From: Chlamydiota bacterium | GTDB taxonomy: Bacteria; Chlamydiota; Chlamydiia; Chlamydiales; SM23-39 | Assembly: GCA_016219355.1 (NCBI GenBank) | Contig: JACRNF010000019.1 | Location: 1-59,822 of the forward strand | Direction of reading: 5' to 3' | DNA length: 59,822 bases | Part shown: piece after piece, positions 49,351 through 58,636 of the stretch | Layout: each line of letters begins with the position of its first letter | Numbering within the stretch: the first letter of the stretch is position 1 | Made by a program: the position numbers and the translations under genes | Notes under the pieces: model-generated | The model's input: only the letters and a program-made list of their open reading frames with translations | Database searches by the model: none | Told to the model about the DNA's origin: nothing

Positions 49351-50091
49351 ATGTCAGTATGTTGTGTTCAAAATAATTTTTTTACTTCTCTTAAACTTAA
49401 AATTCAAAATCTAGATTCAGCACAAGTAGAAAAAATCATTAAAATTGTGTCTATAATTGCTTCAATAGCAATAGGAATATTCTTTTCGCAAGCAATGTCG
49501 TTTGATGCGATATTTTCCGCTTTGGCTGGATTGGGATCAGGACTTGGGATTCTAGGGGCAGGGAAAGTAACCATTGCTCACTATAAGAAAAAAACAGAAG
49601 CTGCAATGATAGGGGCTTTTAAGGAAACTGAAAAAACTGTCTTGGCTGCATTTAATTCCTTAAAGCTTGACTTGACAGAATTAGATCGAAAAAAGAAAGA
49701 ATTCAAAAATCTTATTACCCAAACTCATGCTAAAGGTAAAAAAGAGATGCAGGGTCTATTAAATCAGATTCAAGAAGCAACAAAACATGAAATTAAAGAT
49801 CTTAAGGCATTTGGTAATAGAATAGTTTCTGAACTACAGTTGGATCATTTAAAATCAAGTTTTGAACATGTTGAATCGACTATAAATTCACTTATACAAA
49901 AAGGTTTTAAACTAGATAGCAATAATTTAATCGATCTAAAGGCAATACCTAGAACAATTACCACTATGGAAGAGTTAGCAAAAGAAAAATTACATCTTGA
50001 AGCTCTTCAAGCTCAATTGAACCAAGCAAGAAGTGCCTTTGAACAAACAAAGAAAGAGCTCCATGAGCTTGGCTGTGTTATTATCAAATAA
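49351..50091 (+). CDS. Inc-like protein (bilobed hydrophobic domain plus long coiled coil)
   Basis: 246 aa with IVSIIASIAIGIFF..IFSALAGLGSGLGILGAG, followed by heptad-rich, Lys/Glu/Leu-rich sequence. Confidence 0.6.
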   Translation: MSVCCVQNNFFTSLKLKIQNLDSAQVEKIIKIVSIIASIAIGIFFSQAMSFDAIFSALAGLGSGLGILGAGKVTIAHYKKKTEAAMIGAFKETEKTVLAAFNSLKLDLTELDRKKKEFKNLITQTHAKGKKEMQGLLNQIQEATKHEIKDLKAFGNRIVSELQLDHLKSSFEHVESTINSLIQKGFKLDSNNLIDLKAIPRTITTMEELAKEKLHLEALQAQLNQARSAFEQTKKELHELGCVIIK

Positions 50092-50110
50092 TTAGTTTTG
50101 TTCTTTATTG

Positions 50111-50152
50111 ATAACCATTTTCTAAACTTTTTTAGGAAATGGTTATTTTATT
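50111..50152 (+). terminator. intrinsic terminator
   Basis: 16-bp hairpin ATAACCATTTTCTAAA-CTTT-TTTAGGAAATGGTTAT (one G-U pair) followed by TTTTATT. Confidence 0.6.
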
Positions 50153-50279
50153 ATTATATTAAAATACTAATATCTTTAATTAACCTTTATAATATAATTG
50201 TTTTTTTTATTGATAATTATCTAATTGTTTGCTATAATAAATTAATAATAATAAAACATTTAAATAAGAGTTATTAATT

Positions 50280-50813
50280 ATGGCTGCAATAGCTAAAGTT
50301 CAAGGAAGTTCATTTTTTCAAGCTCATATAAGAGTCATTAACACTCTGGCGATAATGGCTGCTTTGAGTGCTCTTGTAACTTTAGGGATTTATTTGTCGC
50401 CGCTAGCTTTCGCTGCTGGACCGGTGGCTCATCTGATATTAGTTTATAGCGGAGTATTAGGTGTTGGGACTGTTGGGGTAACTGCAACTCTAATTATTAA
50501 AAATTATCTTAAAGAATTACAAGAAAAAAACCAATTTTTCAACTTGTATGAAACCGAGCTTAAAAAACAAATTCAACTTCTTGAGGATGCAATAGAAAAT
50601 TTCTATAATAAAGAAATAGAAAACATTGGGCAATTAATTGCTCATCATAAAAATATAGACAAATTAATCGAAAGTCTAGGGACTTTCGAAGGATTTTTGA
50701 CCTCTTTTCTAAAAGATAAAAATAAAATTATTGATGAACAACAACTAAAAATTAATAGGGATAGATTTGAAGAGTTGAAAAAAATGGTCTCAAAATCCAA
50801 AGAAGAAAATTAA
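50280..50813 (+). CDS. Inc-like paralog 1 (hydrophobic hairpin plus coiled coil)
   Basis: 177 aa. It shares AIMAALSALVTLGIYL, IENFYN and RFEELK with the next two genes. Confidence 0.62.
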   Translation: MAAIAKVQGSSFFQAHIRVINTLAIMAALSALVTLGIYLSPLAFAAGPVAHLILVYSGVLGVGTVGVTATLIIKNYLKELQEKNQFFNLYETELKKQIQLLEDAIENFYNKEIENIGQLIAHHKNIDKLIESLGTFEGFLTSFLKDKNKIIDEQQLKINRDRFEELKKMVSKSKEEN

Positions 50814-50841
50814 ATAATAATTTAAAATGTGAGGATAAAAT

Positions 50842-51408
50842 ATGCCAGCTCCAATTAGACCTCAAAGTGCTTTTTCTGCTGAACACAAGCTAGCAGTTAG
50901 GGTTACTACGATTGCAGCAATAATGGTTGCAATAACTGCGATTATTGCTTTAGGAATTTATTTAGGCCCGGCAAGTTTATTAGCCGGAATAACCTTTGTT
51001 GCAGTTAAGATATCGGCCCTTCCGATATTAGTCTGCATTGGTGGATTAGGTGTTGCAGCCGTTGGGTTAGCTGCCATAAGTATTAGTAAAAAAGAGGATC
51101 CTAATGAGTTGCACGACAAAAGGGAAAATATCGATTTGGAATCTGAAGATAATGGCATTGAAAATAAAACAAAGGTGCTTGCCGCATCGATAGAGGATTT
51201 CTATAATACAGAAGTAAAAGGCGTTGCGTTAGTTCACAGGCCTGAAGATGCCATAAACAAAATTTTAGGAGAATTTGAACGATTTAGAATCTCTTTTATA
51301 AACGATAAAAATCAAATTGAAGATGCTATGACACTAAAATTTTATGAAGATAGGTTTAATGAGTTAAAGGCTGAGGTTTTAAATGCCAAAGAAAAAGTTA
51401 AAAAATAA
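50842..51408 (+). CDS. Inc-like paralog 2
   Basis: 188 aa with AAIMVAITAIIALGIYL, IEDFYN and RFNELK. GAGGA lies upstream of the ATG. Confidence 0.62.
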   Translation: MPAPIRPQSAFSAEHKLAVRVTTIAAIMVAITAIIALGIYLGPASLLAGITFVAVKISALPILVCIGGLGVAAVGLAAISISKKEDPNELHDKRENIDLESEDNGIENKTKVLAASIEDFYNTEVKGVALVHRPEDAINKILGEFERFRISFINDKNQIEDAMTLKFYEDRFNELKAEVLNAKEKVKK

Positions 51409-51429
51409 ATTTTTAAATAGAGGTTAAAT

Positions 51430-51870
51430 ATGAGTGATGTTAGTGGAATTCAAAACTATTTTTCCGAGCATAAACAAGCTATTAAATATGCTAAAGTTGC
51501 AGCAATAATGGTTGCTATAACTACTATCGTAGTTTTAGGAATTTATCTAGCTGGGGTACCAGGAGGATTAGTTTTATCGGCATGTATAATCGGAGCAAGT
51601 GTTTATGGGGTGTCATTGTTGAATAAAAAGGAAAAGGAAGGAATAGATTCTTTTCGTAAAGAAGTTAATGGCTATTTTTGTCAGATACAAAATTTAGAAA
51701 AATCAACTAATCCACAATTAAGAGAAAATATTACTTTACTCAGACATCGTAGAAACTTCATCAACTCAAACAATTTAACTATTCGAGAGCAAAGAGAATA
51801 TAGAAAAGAATTTGAACAGTTAAGAAAAAATATTGAGGATGCTAGATTTGGTATTATCTTGGAATCCTAG
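51430..51870 (+). CDS. Inc-like paralog 3
   Basis: 146 aa with AAIMVAITTIVVLGIYL and FEQLRK. AGAGG lies upstream of the ATG. Confidence 0.6.
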   Translation: MSDVSGIQNYFSEHKQAIKYAKVAAIMVAITTIVVLGIYLAGVPGGLVLSACIIGASVYGVSLLNKKEKEGIDSFRKEVNGYFCQIQNLEKSTNPQLRENITLLRHRRNFINSNNLTIREQREYRKEFEQLRKNIEDARFGIILES

Positions 51871-54602
51871 GGATAGGCTTTTGGTAATTTTCTTAACAAA
51901 CTTTCAAAGTGCTTTTGTTTTTTGAACTCTTTTTTGCAAAAATAATATAAGGCCAAATGCTCAAATAACTGCTTTTTTTCCCATAAAAATAAGCGGCTAA
52001 TAAATTTTTCTTGTTCCGACGATGTTAAATAATGAGCGGCTAAGGCATAGCTCCATGGATAGTGAGTGTGTAATATTGAAGAAAAATATTTTTTAGCCTT
52101 TATTTTTCCTTTTGTGGCTAAAAGATAACAGCCAAAAAGAAAATGTAGGGGTCCCTTTTCTTCTAAAAGATTTCCTTGGTATTTATCAAAATAACGTTTA
52201 GCCATTGAATGTTTTTTTTCTAAAAGTATTTTCCAAATAAAGAAACTATCTATTAATAACTTATCATCACTTGGTATAGATAGCTTTTGAACTTTTGTAA
52301 AGATATCGTTCATCAGCACAAAGTCTTTATTAAAAAGAGCTTTTTTTAATAGGTAAATAAGAGCTCTAACCTCCTTTTTATTTAAATTTTTATGGCAGAT
52401 CAAGAAAAATGAAGAAACACTATTTTTAAGACTCTTTTGAGAGCTCAAGACAATTTCAAATAAAGGGCTTTTTTTCTTTTTAATTTGTTTAATGGTTGCG
52501 AAGTCGTTTAGCTCTAAAAGAGCAAATAAGCCGTTTTCAAAATTGATTTCATCTAAATCTTGAAGCATTTCCAAAATGAAGCTTGACTTGTTCAATCTAA
52601 AACTTAAATCGATGGCTAGCATTTCTTTAAGATTGTCCGATTTTTCTATAAAATAGAGGGGCTCTAAATGATCCTGAAAATTTTTTAAAAGGTTTTTTGT
52701 GTTTTTATTTTCTAAAATATTATCAATGTGCCGAAGAGCAATTAAAATCATAAGATAGGCCGGTTCCCTATTTTGAAGAGAGCTCTCGTGCATTCTATAA
52801 ATGATCCTCTCTTCAATAACTTTTACCAAAGGGTGGTTAGCAAATTTTCTAATTGCAAGCTCTAAACATTTGGCCTCTTCTTCAAAATCTTGCATTTTAG
52901 CGTAAGCTAAAGACTTGCCAAGATATTCTAGAGGGGCGCTATTAGTTGTATGAAGCTTTTCAAACTCTAAAAGAGCTTCATTAAAAAGGTTTTTTTTCTT
53001 CTTAACTCCGGCCATATCCAAAAGGGCCACTCCTGATCTAAAAATAGCTTCTCTTCCTTCCGATCTTCCAAAAAACGAAAATCCGATTTTTCGATATTCT
53101 TGGATAGCTTGCTCAAAATTTTCATGGGCATATAAAAAATCGGGGATAGCAAGGCAATTTATCATGAAATTATGGCTAGAAGAATAGATTTTAATATTGC
53201 TCAAGGTAAAGTTAGTGTCTTGATAAATAAGACCAATTTTATTTCCTTTTAATGGCAAATGGCTCATGTGGGAAAAAATTAATTTTCCGTCTAAATAAAA
53301 AGATAGCTCATCTTGCACTTTTTCAATACGAATAAGGTGCCTGACATTTTCATTTAATGATGCCTCTTTAGATTCCATTACTAAGACATTTGAGAAAAAA
53401 AGCTGGGAAGAGCCATCTTTTTTATTTTTTAGCCATATTCGATACCCTTCTTCAATCATCGGATGCTGTTGAAAAAATGAGCTGCTAATTAAAAATCCGA
53501 GCCCTTTGCTTTTTTTATGTAAAATAAGATCGGCTTCAATTTTGATATTTGATGCAAAACCTTCTTTGGACAGCATCATGCTGACCCATTCAGATGAACT
53601 GATTTGATTGGTTATGGCTACATGTTGTGGCAACAAAAAATTTTCTTGAAACGCCCAGTCTTCTTGTTTTTCTATGTCTAGTTCTTTGACCAGCACCCAA
53701 GTGGGCTTACCATTGATATAATCATTAAGGTCATCAATTAGCTTGCCGATTGAGAGATATCTGTTTAAAGGGTTGGGGTCCAATGCTTTTTTAGCAATTT
53801 TTGCCAGTTCTAAAGGTATATCTCTATGAGGGGCCCTTTCTAAAGGATCAATTAGCCTTTCAAGTTTTAAGTTCTTTTTAAAAGTTGCAAGATCGGGTCT
53901 TTTAAAAGGCATTTCAAGTGTTAAAATTTGATATAAAATAGCTCCAAGAGAATAAATATCGCAGGCAAAAGTTGATTTGCAGCTAATAGCTCTTTCTGGG
54001 GCCATGTATGCAAGTGTTCCGGAGATTTTTCCGGGTCTTGTTAAATTAAAATCCTCTCCGGCAAATATTTCTTTATACTCTTCTTCTTTTTCACTCGCAA
54101 ATTTTGCTATGCCCCAATCTAAAATCAAGACTTCACCAAATTTTCCCAAGATAATATTGTCGGGTTTAAGGTCTCTATGGATGATCCCTTTGGAATGGGT
54201 GTAAGCGGCAGCTTCACAAACATTAATAAAAATTCTAGTTAAATTAAAAATTGATGATGCAAAAGGGGGCGATTTTTCAAGTTTTTCATCTTTGGTTTTT
54301 TGCAAAATAGTTTTAAGGGTTTCACCTTCGACATAAGGCATGGTATAAAAAAGCTCATTTTCATAGATGTCATAAATGGGGATAATGGCAGGATGAGAAA
54401 GTTGCGAGGCAATTTTTGCCTCTCTTAAAAATCTTTTTTTTAAAAGATCATTTGTCCTTAAGGTCTCTTTGAGCTGTTTTAAAGCGACATTTCTCTTACA
54501 AAGCTTATCATAAGCAAGATATACCTCTCCCATCCCTCCCGATCCTAAGGTTTTTTTAATTAAGTAGCGGTTTAAAATTAAGGTACTTTCTTGATGTATC
54601 AT
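51867..54602 (-). CDS. pknD: Ser/Thr protein kinase with a large C-terminal helical-repeat domain (PknD-type)
   Basis: 911 aa with GSGGMGEVY...VALK, HRDLKPDNIIL, DWGIA and GTLAYMAPE. The long non-kinase C-terminus matches chlamydial PknD. Confidence 0.88.
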   Translation of the reverse strand: MIHQESTLILNRYLIKKTLGSGGMGEVYLAYDKLCKRNVALKQLKETLRTNDLLKKRFLREAKIASQLSHPAIIPIYDIYENELFYTMPYVEGETLKTILQKTKDEKLEKSPPFASSIFNLTRIFINVCEAAAYTHSKGIIHRDLKPDNIILGKFGEVLILDWGIAKFASEKEEEYKEIFAGEDFNLTRPGKISGTLAYMAPERAISCKSTFACDIYSLGAILYQILTLEMPFKRPDLATFKKNLKLERLIDPLERAPHRDIPLELAKIAKKALDPNPLNRYLSIGKLIDDLNDYINGKPTWVLVKELDIEKQEDWAFQENFLLPQHVAITNQISSSEWVSMMLSKEGFASNIKIEADLILHKKSKGLGFLISSSFFQQHPMIEEGYRIWLKNKKDGSSQLFFSNVLVMESKEASLNENVRHLIRIEKVQDELSFYLDGKLIFSHMSHLPLKGNKIGLIYQDTNFTLSNIKIYSSSHNFMINCLAIPDFLYAHENFEQAIQEYRKIGFSFFGRSEGREAIFRSGVALLDMAGVKKKKNLFNEALLEFEKLHTTNSAPLEYLGKSLAYAKMQDFEEEAKCLELAIRKFANHPLVKVIEERIIYRMHESSLQNREPAYLMILIALRHIDNILENKNTKNLLKNFQDHLEPLYFIEKSDNLKEMLAIDLSFRLNKSSFILEMLQDLDEINFENGLFALLELNDFATIKQIKKKKSPLFEIVLSSQKSLKNSVSSFFLICHKNLNKKEVRALIYLLKKALFNKDFVLMNDIFTKVQKLSIPSDDKLLIDSFFIWKILLEKKHSMAKRYFDKYQGNLLEEKGPLHFLFGCYLLATKGKIKAKKYFSSILHTHYPWSYALAAHYLTSSEQEKFISRLFLWEKKQLFEHLALYYFCKKEFKKQKHFESLLRKLPKAYP

Positions 54603-54717
54603 TAAAAAAATGTTTTATAGTTAGGTTAATAAAAAAAAGCTACTCCATGGATAATTTTTCGTCCAGTAAAAAGAGTTCTTGTAGTATTCTAATAGCTATA
54701 TTTCATTAAGGAAGATA

Positions 54718-55920
54718 ATGGTCTCTATTATATTTGCGCCACATGTATGCACTGGGGCATTTTTAAAAGTAAGAGAAATATCCAAATATCCTAAGATCTT
54801 GGAAATTAGTTGTAGTAAAATTGAGAATGAAGGTACAGATTTTTCAAAAATAAGACAAATTTTTGAAAGTCAGCAAGAATCATTGATTAGAATTAAAATG
54901 GAAGTTGATAGGGACTTTCCCTATCATAGAGATTTAAATTTCATTGTTTTTATATTAGGTCTTAATGAGGTAATAGATTCGATAGAAAGAAAGATATGGG
55001 ATGAGAAAAGGATCAATGATTTAATTACTTCTCTTTATAGTGAGGTAAATTTTGATGAAATTGATATTATGGATGAAGAAGGATGTTATTTTTATCAACC
55101 GGACATTTTGTTAAAACGGCTAATAGAATTCAATAAATTAAATCTTTTTATTTTAAACTATTTACGAAAGTTAAATCAGTTCTATGACCAAGAGAAGGGA
55201 CGATATCCTGTAGATGCTTTTATTCATTTTTGCGCTCTTTTAAATAGAAATGAGCTCCATTTATTATTTGACAGTCTTTTTAACTCTTCATTCAATGAGG
55301 AATTTGTCAATGCGATAGTTTTAGATTTGTTTCATCGAGTTCCTCAGGCTGAAAATGTTATAAAAAATTTTAATTTAGTTAAGCATAAATGGCAAAAGTC
55401 ATTAACCCAATCAATATTTTTGGGTTTATCAAAAAAACAGGCAGGTCATAATTTAGATCGGTTAATTGAGGATGTTACTCTTTTTAACGTCTCACCTGAT
55501 CAAGATAAAGTTCATTTTAGGCTTCAAATAAAGCTAGACAGGCTCATGATTAATTCGGCTATTTTATCCATGGAAAGATTCTATTGCTTTTTGGATCCTG
55601 TTTTGAGAAATGATTTGTTTAACCAATTAAATGAAAAGACTCATTATTTGCTTTTGGCTCTTTTGTTGAAAAATCGAGGCGATGCTAAAGTAAAAGTGGA
55701 TTTTAAAAAACTAGTTTTGGCTCATTCTTCATGCATAGCTCCTCTGTTTTTTCCACATCTGACATCTGAAGAACAGGGCTGGATTATTCGTAATCTTTTA
55801 ATAGAGGCGGACTCTGAAGATATTTTTGTCAAAAAAAGAGCTAGCGCGATGCTTAATAGTTTAAATGTTTTATTAACTCCTGAAGAAAAAGCCTCTTTTT
55901 CTTTCGCCTTAGTACTCTAA
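54718..55920 (+). CDS. hypothetical protein
   Basis: 400-aa ORF, Leu/Asn/Phe-rich and helical. No family recognised. Confidence 0.5.
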   Translation: MVSIIFAPHVCTGAFLKVREISKYPKILEISCSKIENEGTDFSKIRQIFESQQESLIRIKMEVDRDFPYHRDLNFIVFILGLNEVIDSIERKIWDEKRINDLITSLYSEVNFDEIDIMDEEGCYFYQPDILLKRLIEFNKLNLFILNYLRKLNQFYDQEKGRYPVDAFIHFCALLNRNELHLLFDSLFNSSFNEEFVNAIVLDLFHRVPQAENVIKNFNLVKHKWQKSLTQSIFLGLSKKQAGHNLDRLIEDVTLFNVSPDQDKVHFRLQIKLDRLMINSAILSMERFYCFLDPVLRNDLFNQLNEKTHYLLLALLLKNRGDAKVKVDFKKLVLAHSSCIAPLFFPHLTSEEQGWIIRNLLIEADSEDIFVKKRASAMLNSLNVLLTPEEKASFSFALVL

Positions 55921-55986
55921 CAAACTTAAAAACCGTTTGATTCTCTATTCTGTCCGTGTTATTTTATTATTAAAAAAGCATAAAAT

Positions 55987-57000
55987 ATGACAAAAAAAAT
56001 TGTATTGACAGGTGATCGTACATCAGGGCCTCTTCATTTAGGTCACTATGTTGGATCTTTAGCAAATCGATTAAAATTACAAGATGATTATCAGCAATTC
56101 ATTATGCTTGCCGATATGCAAGCTCTGACTGATCACGCTAGCGAACCTGATAGAATTGTCAAAAGCATTTTGGAAGTTGCTCTTGATTATTTAGCTGTAG
56201 GTATAGATCCTAAAAAATCTACTATTTTCATACAGTCTTTGATACCGGCTTTATCTGAACTTACTATGTATTATTTAAATTTGATTACTTGGAACAGGCT
56301 CAAGCACAATCCAACGGTCAAAGCAGAAATTGTCCAAAAAGGATTTGGGGAAAATGTCCCCGCTGGTTTTATGATTTATCCCATATCTCAAGCGGCTGAT
56401 ATCACCGCTTTTAAAGCTAATATTGTTCCCGTTGGTGATGATCAACTCCCGATGATTGAGCAAACGGTAGAAATTGTCAGAAAATTTAACCGGACGTACA
56501 ACACCTCTGTTTTAATTGAGCCTGAGGCTATGATCCCAGCGATAGCAAGGCTTCCCGGCATTGATGGCCAGGCTAAAATGAGTAAAACATTAAACAACGC
56601 AATTTATTTATCCGATCCAGCCGATATAGTAGCTAAAAAAGTTAAGGGGATGTACACCGACCCTAATCATTTAAGAGTTGAAGATCCTGGCAAAGTAGAA
56701 GGAAATCCTGTCTTTACCTATTTAGATGTTTTTTATCCCGACAAGAAAAAGCTTCAAGAGCTAAAAGAGCACTATCAAAGAGGTGGTCTTGGGGATTCAA
56801 TAGTAAAAAAAGAGCTATTAGAGGCTCTGCAAGCCTTTTTAGATCCTGTTAGAAAAAAAAGAGAAGAACTTAAAAAAGATCTAAAAGAAGTAATGAAAAT
56901 ATTAAAAGAAGGGTCTGACAAGGCCAATGCTTTTGCTGAAAATACTTTAAAAGAGGTAAAACAAGCAATGCACTTAGATATTATGCATCGCTTGTTCTGA
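55987..57000 (+). CDS. trpS: tryptophanyl-tRNA synthetase
   Basis: 337 aa with [15 protein letters not shown] (HIGH-type), KMSKT and GDDQ. Length and motifs fit TrpRS. Confidence 0.92.
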   Translation: MTKKIVLTGDRTSGPLHLGHYVGSLANRLKLQDDYQQFIMLADMQALTDHASEPDRIVKSILEVALDYLAVGIDPKKSTIFIQSLIPALSELTMYYLNLITWNRLKHNPTVKAEIVQKGFGENVPAGFMIYPISQAADITAFKANIVPVGDDQLPMIEQTVEIVRKFNRTYNTSVLIEPEAMIPAIARLPGIDGQAKMSKTLNNAIYLSDPADIVAKKVKGMYTDPNHLRVEDPGKVEGNPVFTYLDVFYPDKKKLQELKEHYQRGGLGDSIVKKELLEALQAFLDPVRKKREELKKDLKEVMKILKEGSDKANAFAENTLKEVKQAMHLDIMHRLF

Positions 57001-57003
57001 AAA

Positions 57004-57303
57004 TTATTTTTTTTCTTTTAAGCCCATAAAGTTTTTTAAGAATACATAGATAGCAGCGATTACAAAAATTGCTGGAATCAAAAGTTGCGCCGACACGCCT
57101 ACCGAAGCGATTACAAACGCTCCAACAAATACTATTAGACCGGTAACCATATCAGAATATTTTTTCATCATAAAATTACGCACTGCCATAGGCACGCCGA
57201 TGACTAACAATATTCCAGGCCACCAATAGTTGAAATAGGCTATAAAAGCCATACCGATTAAAAAAATGGTTAAAGATAAAGCTTGCGCCTTTTTTTTGTT
57301 CAT
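57004..57303 (-). CDS. small 3-TM membrane protein, paralog B of a tandem pair
   Basis: From MNKKKAQ the alignment is clear with the neighbouring gene (WPGILLVIGVPMAVR vs WPSILLVIGIPLALR; FVGAFV vs FIGAFI). Confidence 0.58.
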   Translation of the reverse strand: MNKKKAQALSLTIFLIGMAFIAYFNYWWPGILLVIGVPMAVRNFMMKKYSDMVTGLIVFVGAFVIASVGVSAQLLIPAIFVIAAIYVFLKNFMGLKEKK

Positions 57304-57325
57304 AGAACACTCCTTGTTAAAAATT

Positions 57326-57694
57326 CTATTTTTTAGTCTCTTCCTCAATTTCTTTTTCTTGATCGATCTCTTTTTCTACTTCGTCGATTTCTTTGGGACC
57401 AAAAAATTCTCTAAATAAAATATAAAGCCCACCGATAGTAAAAATGACAGGTAAAACTATTTCCCAGGCTATATCAAACTGAGCGGTTATAAATGCGCCG
57501 ATAAAAACAAACAAAGAAACAGCCATATCATAGCGATTACCGACCAAGTATTGTCTTAAGGCAAGGGGTATTCCGATTACCAGCAAAATTGATGGCCAAA
57601 AGGTTTTAAAATATCCAAGCGCTAACAATCCTACTAAAAATAGCAGGGTAGATAGGATATGAGATTTTCTTGTTGATAAAATGGGCTCTTTCAT
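57326..57694 (-). CDS. small 3-TM membrane protein, paralog A of a tandem pair, with an acidic tail
   Basis: 122 aa, paralogous to 57004..57303. It carries an extra EIDEVEKEIDQEKEIEEE tail. Confidence 0.58.
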   Translation of the reverse strand: MKEPILSTRKSHILSTLLFLVGLLALGYFKTFWPSILLVIGIPLALRQYLVGNRYDMAVSLFVFIGAFITAQFDIAWEIVLPVIFTIGGLYILFREFFGPKEIDEVEKEIDQEKEIEEETKK

Positions 57695-58012
57695 GGGTTT
57701 TCTCCAGTAGTTATATTTGTCATATAAGAAATTTCAATTTTTTTAGCAAACGATTTTAAACATTTCGTTATAAGTTTAAAATATTATTTTACACATCGGT
57801 AGTTTTATGTGATTTTTAAATTAAAATAGATTTTACATAATAAATTTGAAAAAAAGCAGGGGTTATTATTATAAACTCCTCATTGTTAAATGCTTATCTA
57901 GTTAAAGTCTGTTAGTTGCAATAATGGTAAATTAGTTAAAACTAATTGAATTTAATTGAAATTAATTAATATTTGTAATAATATTTATATAAACAACTAA
58001 TAATAAACATCT

Positions 58013-58636
58013 GTGGCTATATCGTTAAAAAAATTATGTGAAAATAAATTATTTGAAGCTCCACCTGAAAGGCAAATATTAGACTTTGCCCGTGAAAATT
58101 ATAAAGATCCGGAGAAATTTAAAAAAATTGAAAAAATAGTGGAAGCTTTTATTCTACTAGGGACTTTTGCTAATTATTCTGGTAAAAAAGTAAATCCAAA
58201 ATTACTCATTTTAGATCAGGCAAGTGAGGTGGAATATTTCGATATTGAGACAAGAAGCAGATTCAGAATTACTATTGTCTCTAAAAATGATAAAATATAT
58301 TTATTTAAGCCAAATGGAGAGCCTTTTTATCGTGAGGATAATAAGCCTTCGCTGTTTATAATAGATTTTTTGGGACATATATACACATTGTATGATCGTC
58401 CTCATGGGGCCAAAATTCGGCATTCCAGTTTTGTATGTGGCCTTCCGGTATATTGCGCTGGATGTGTTTTTACTAAGCCGGATGGAGAATTAATTTTAGT
58501 AAATAATAATAGCGGTCACTATGGAGAGCCTTTATTTACTTTTCAACTCAAAATGTGGAACTATTTCCAACGTTTAGGAATTCCTAAACAGGCTATTTCC
58601 AGCATCGAATTTAGAGATTATAGTGTTCCAGTTTAA
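58013..58636 (+). CDS. hypothetical protein (orphan, candidate effector/enzyme)
   Basis: 207 aa with a GTG start after a roughly 320-bp extremely AT-rich region. It contains IRHSSFVCGLPVYCAGCVF...NNNSGHYGEP, which looks like a catalytic-type motif that I cannot place. Confidence 0.5.
   Translation: MAISLKKLCENKLFEAPPERQILDFARENYKDPEKFKKIEKIVEAFILLGTFANYSGKKVNPKLLILDQASEVEYFDIETRSRFRITIVSKNDKIYLFKPNGEPFYREDNKPSLFIIDFLGHIYTLYDRPHGAKIRHSSFVCGLPVYCAGCVFTKPDGELILVNNNSGHYGEPLFTFQLKMWNYFQRLGIPKQAISSIEFRDYSVPV

Noticed and set aside
50065-50091. The C-terminus ...ELGCVIIK* of the Inc-like protein as a fourth CaaX candidate.
   Set aside because: The Cys is at position -5, not -4, so it does not fit the CaaX rule.
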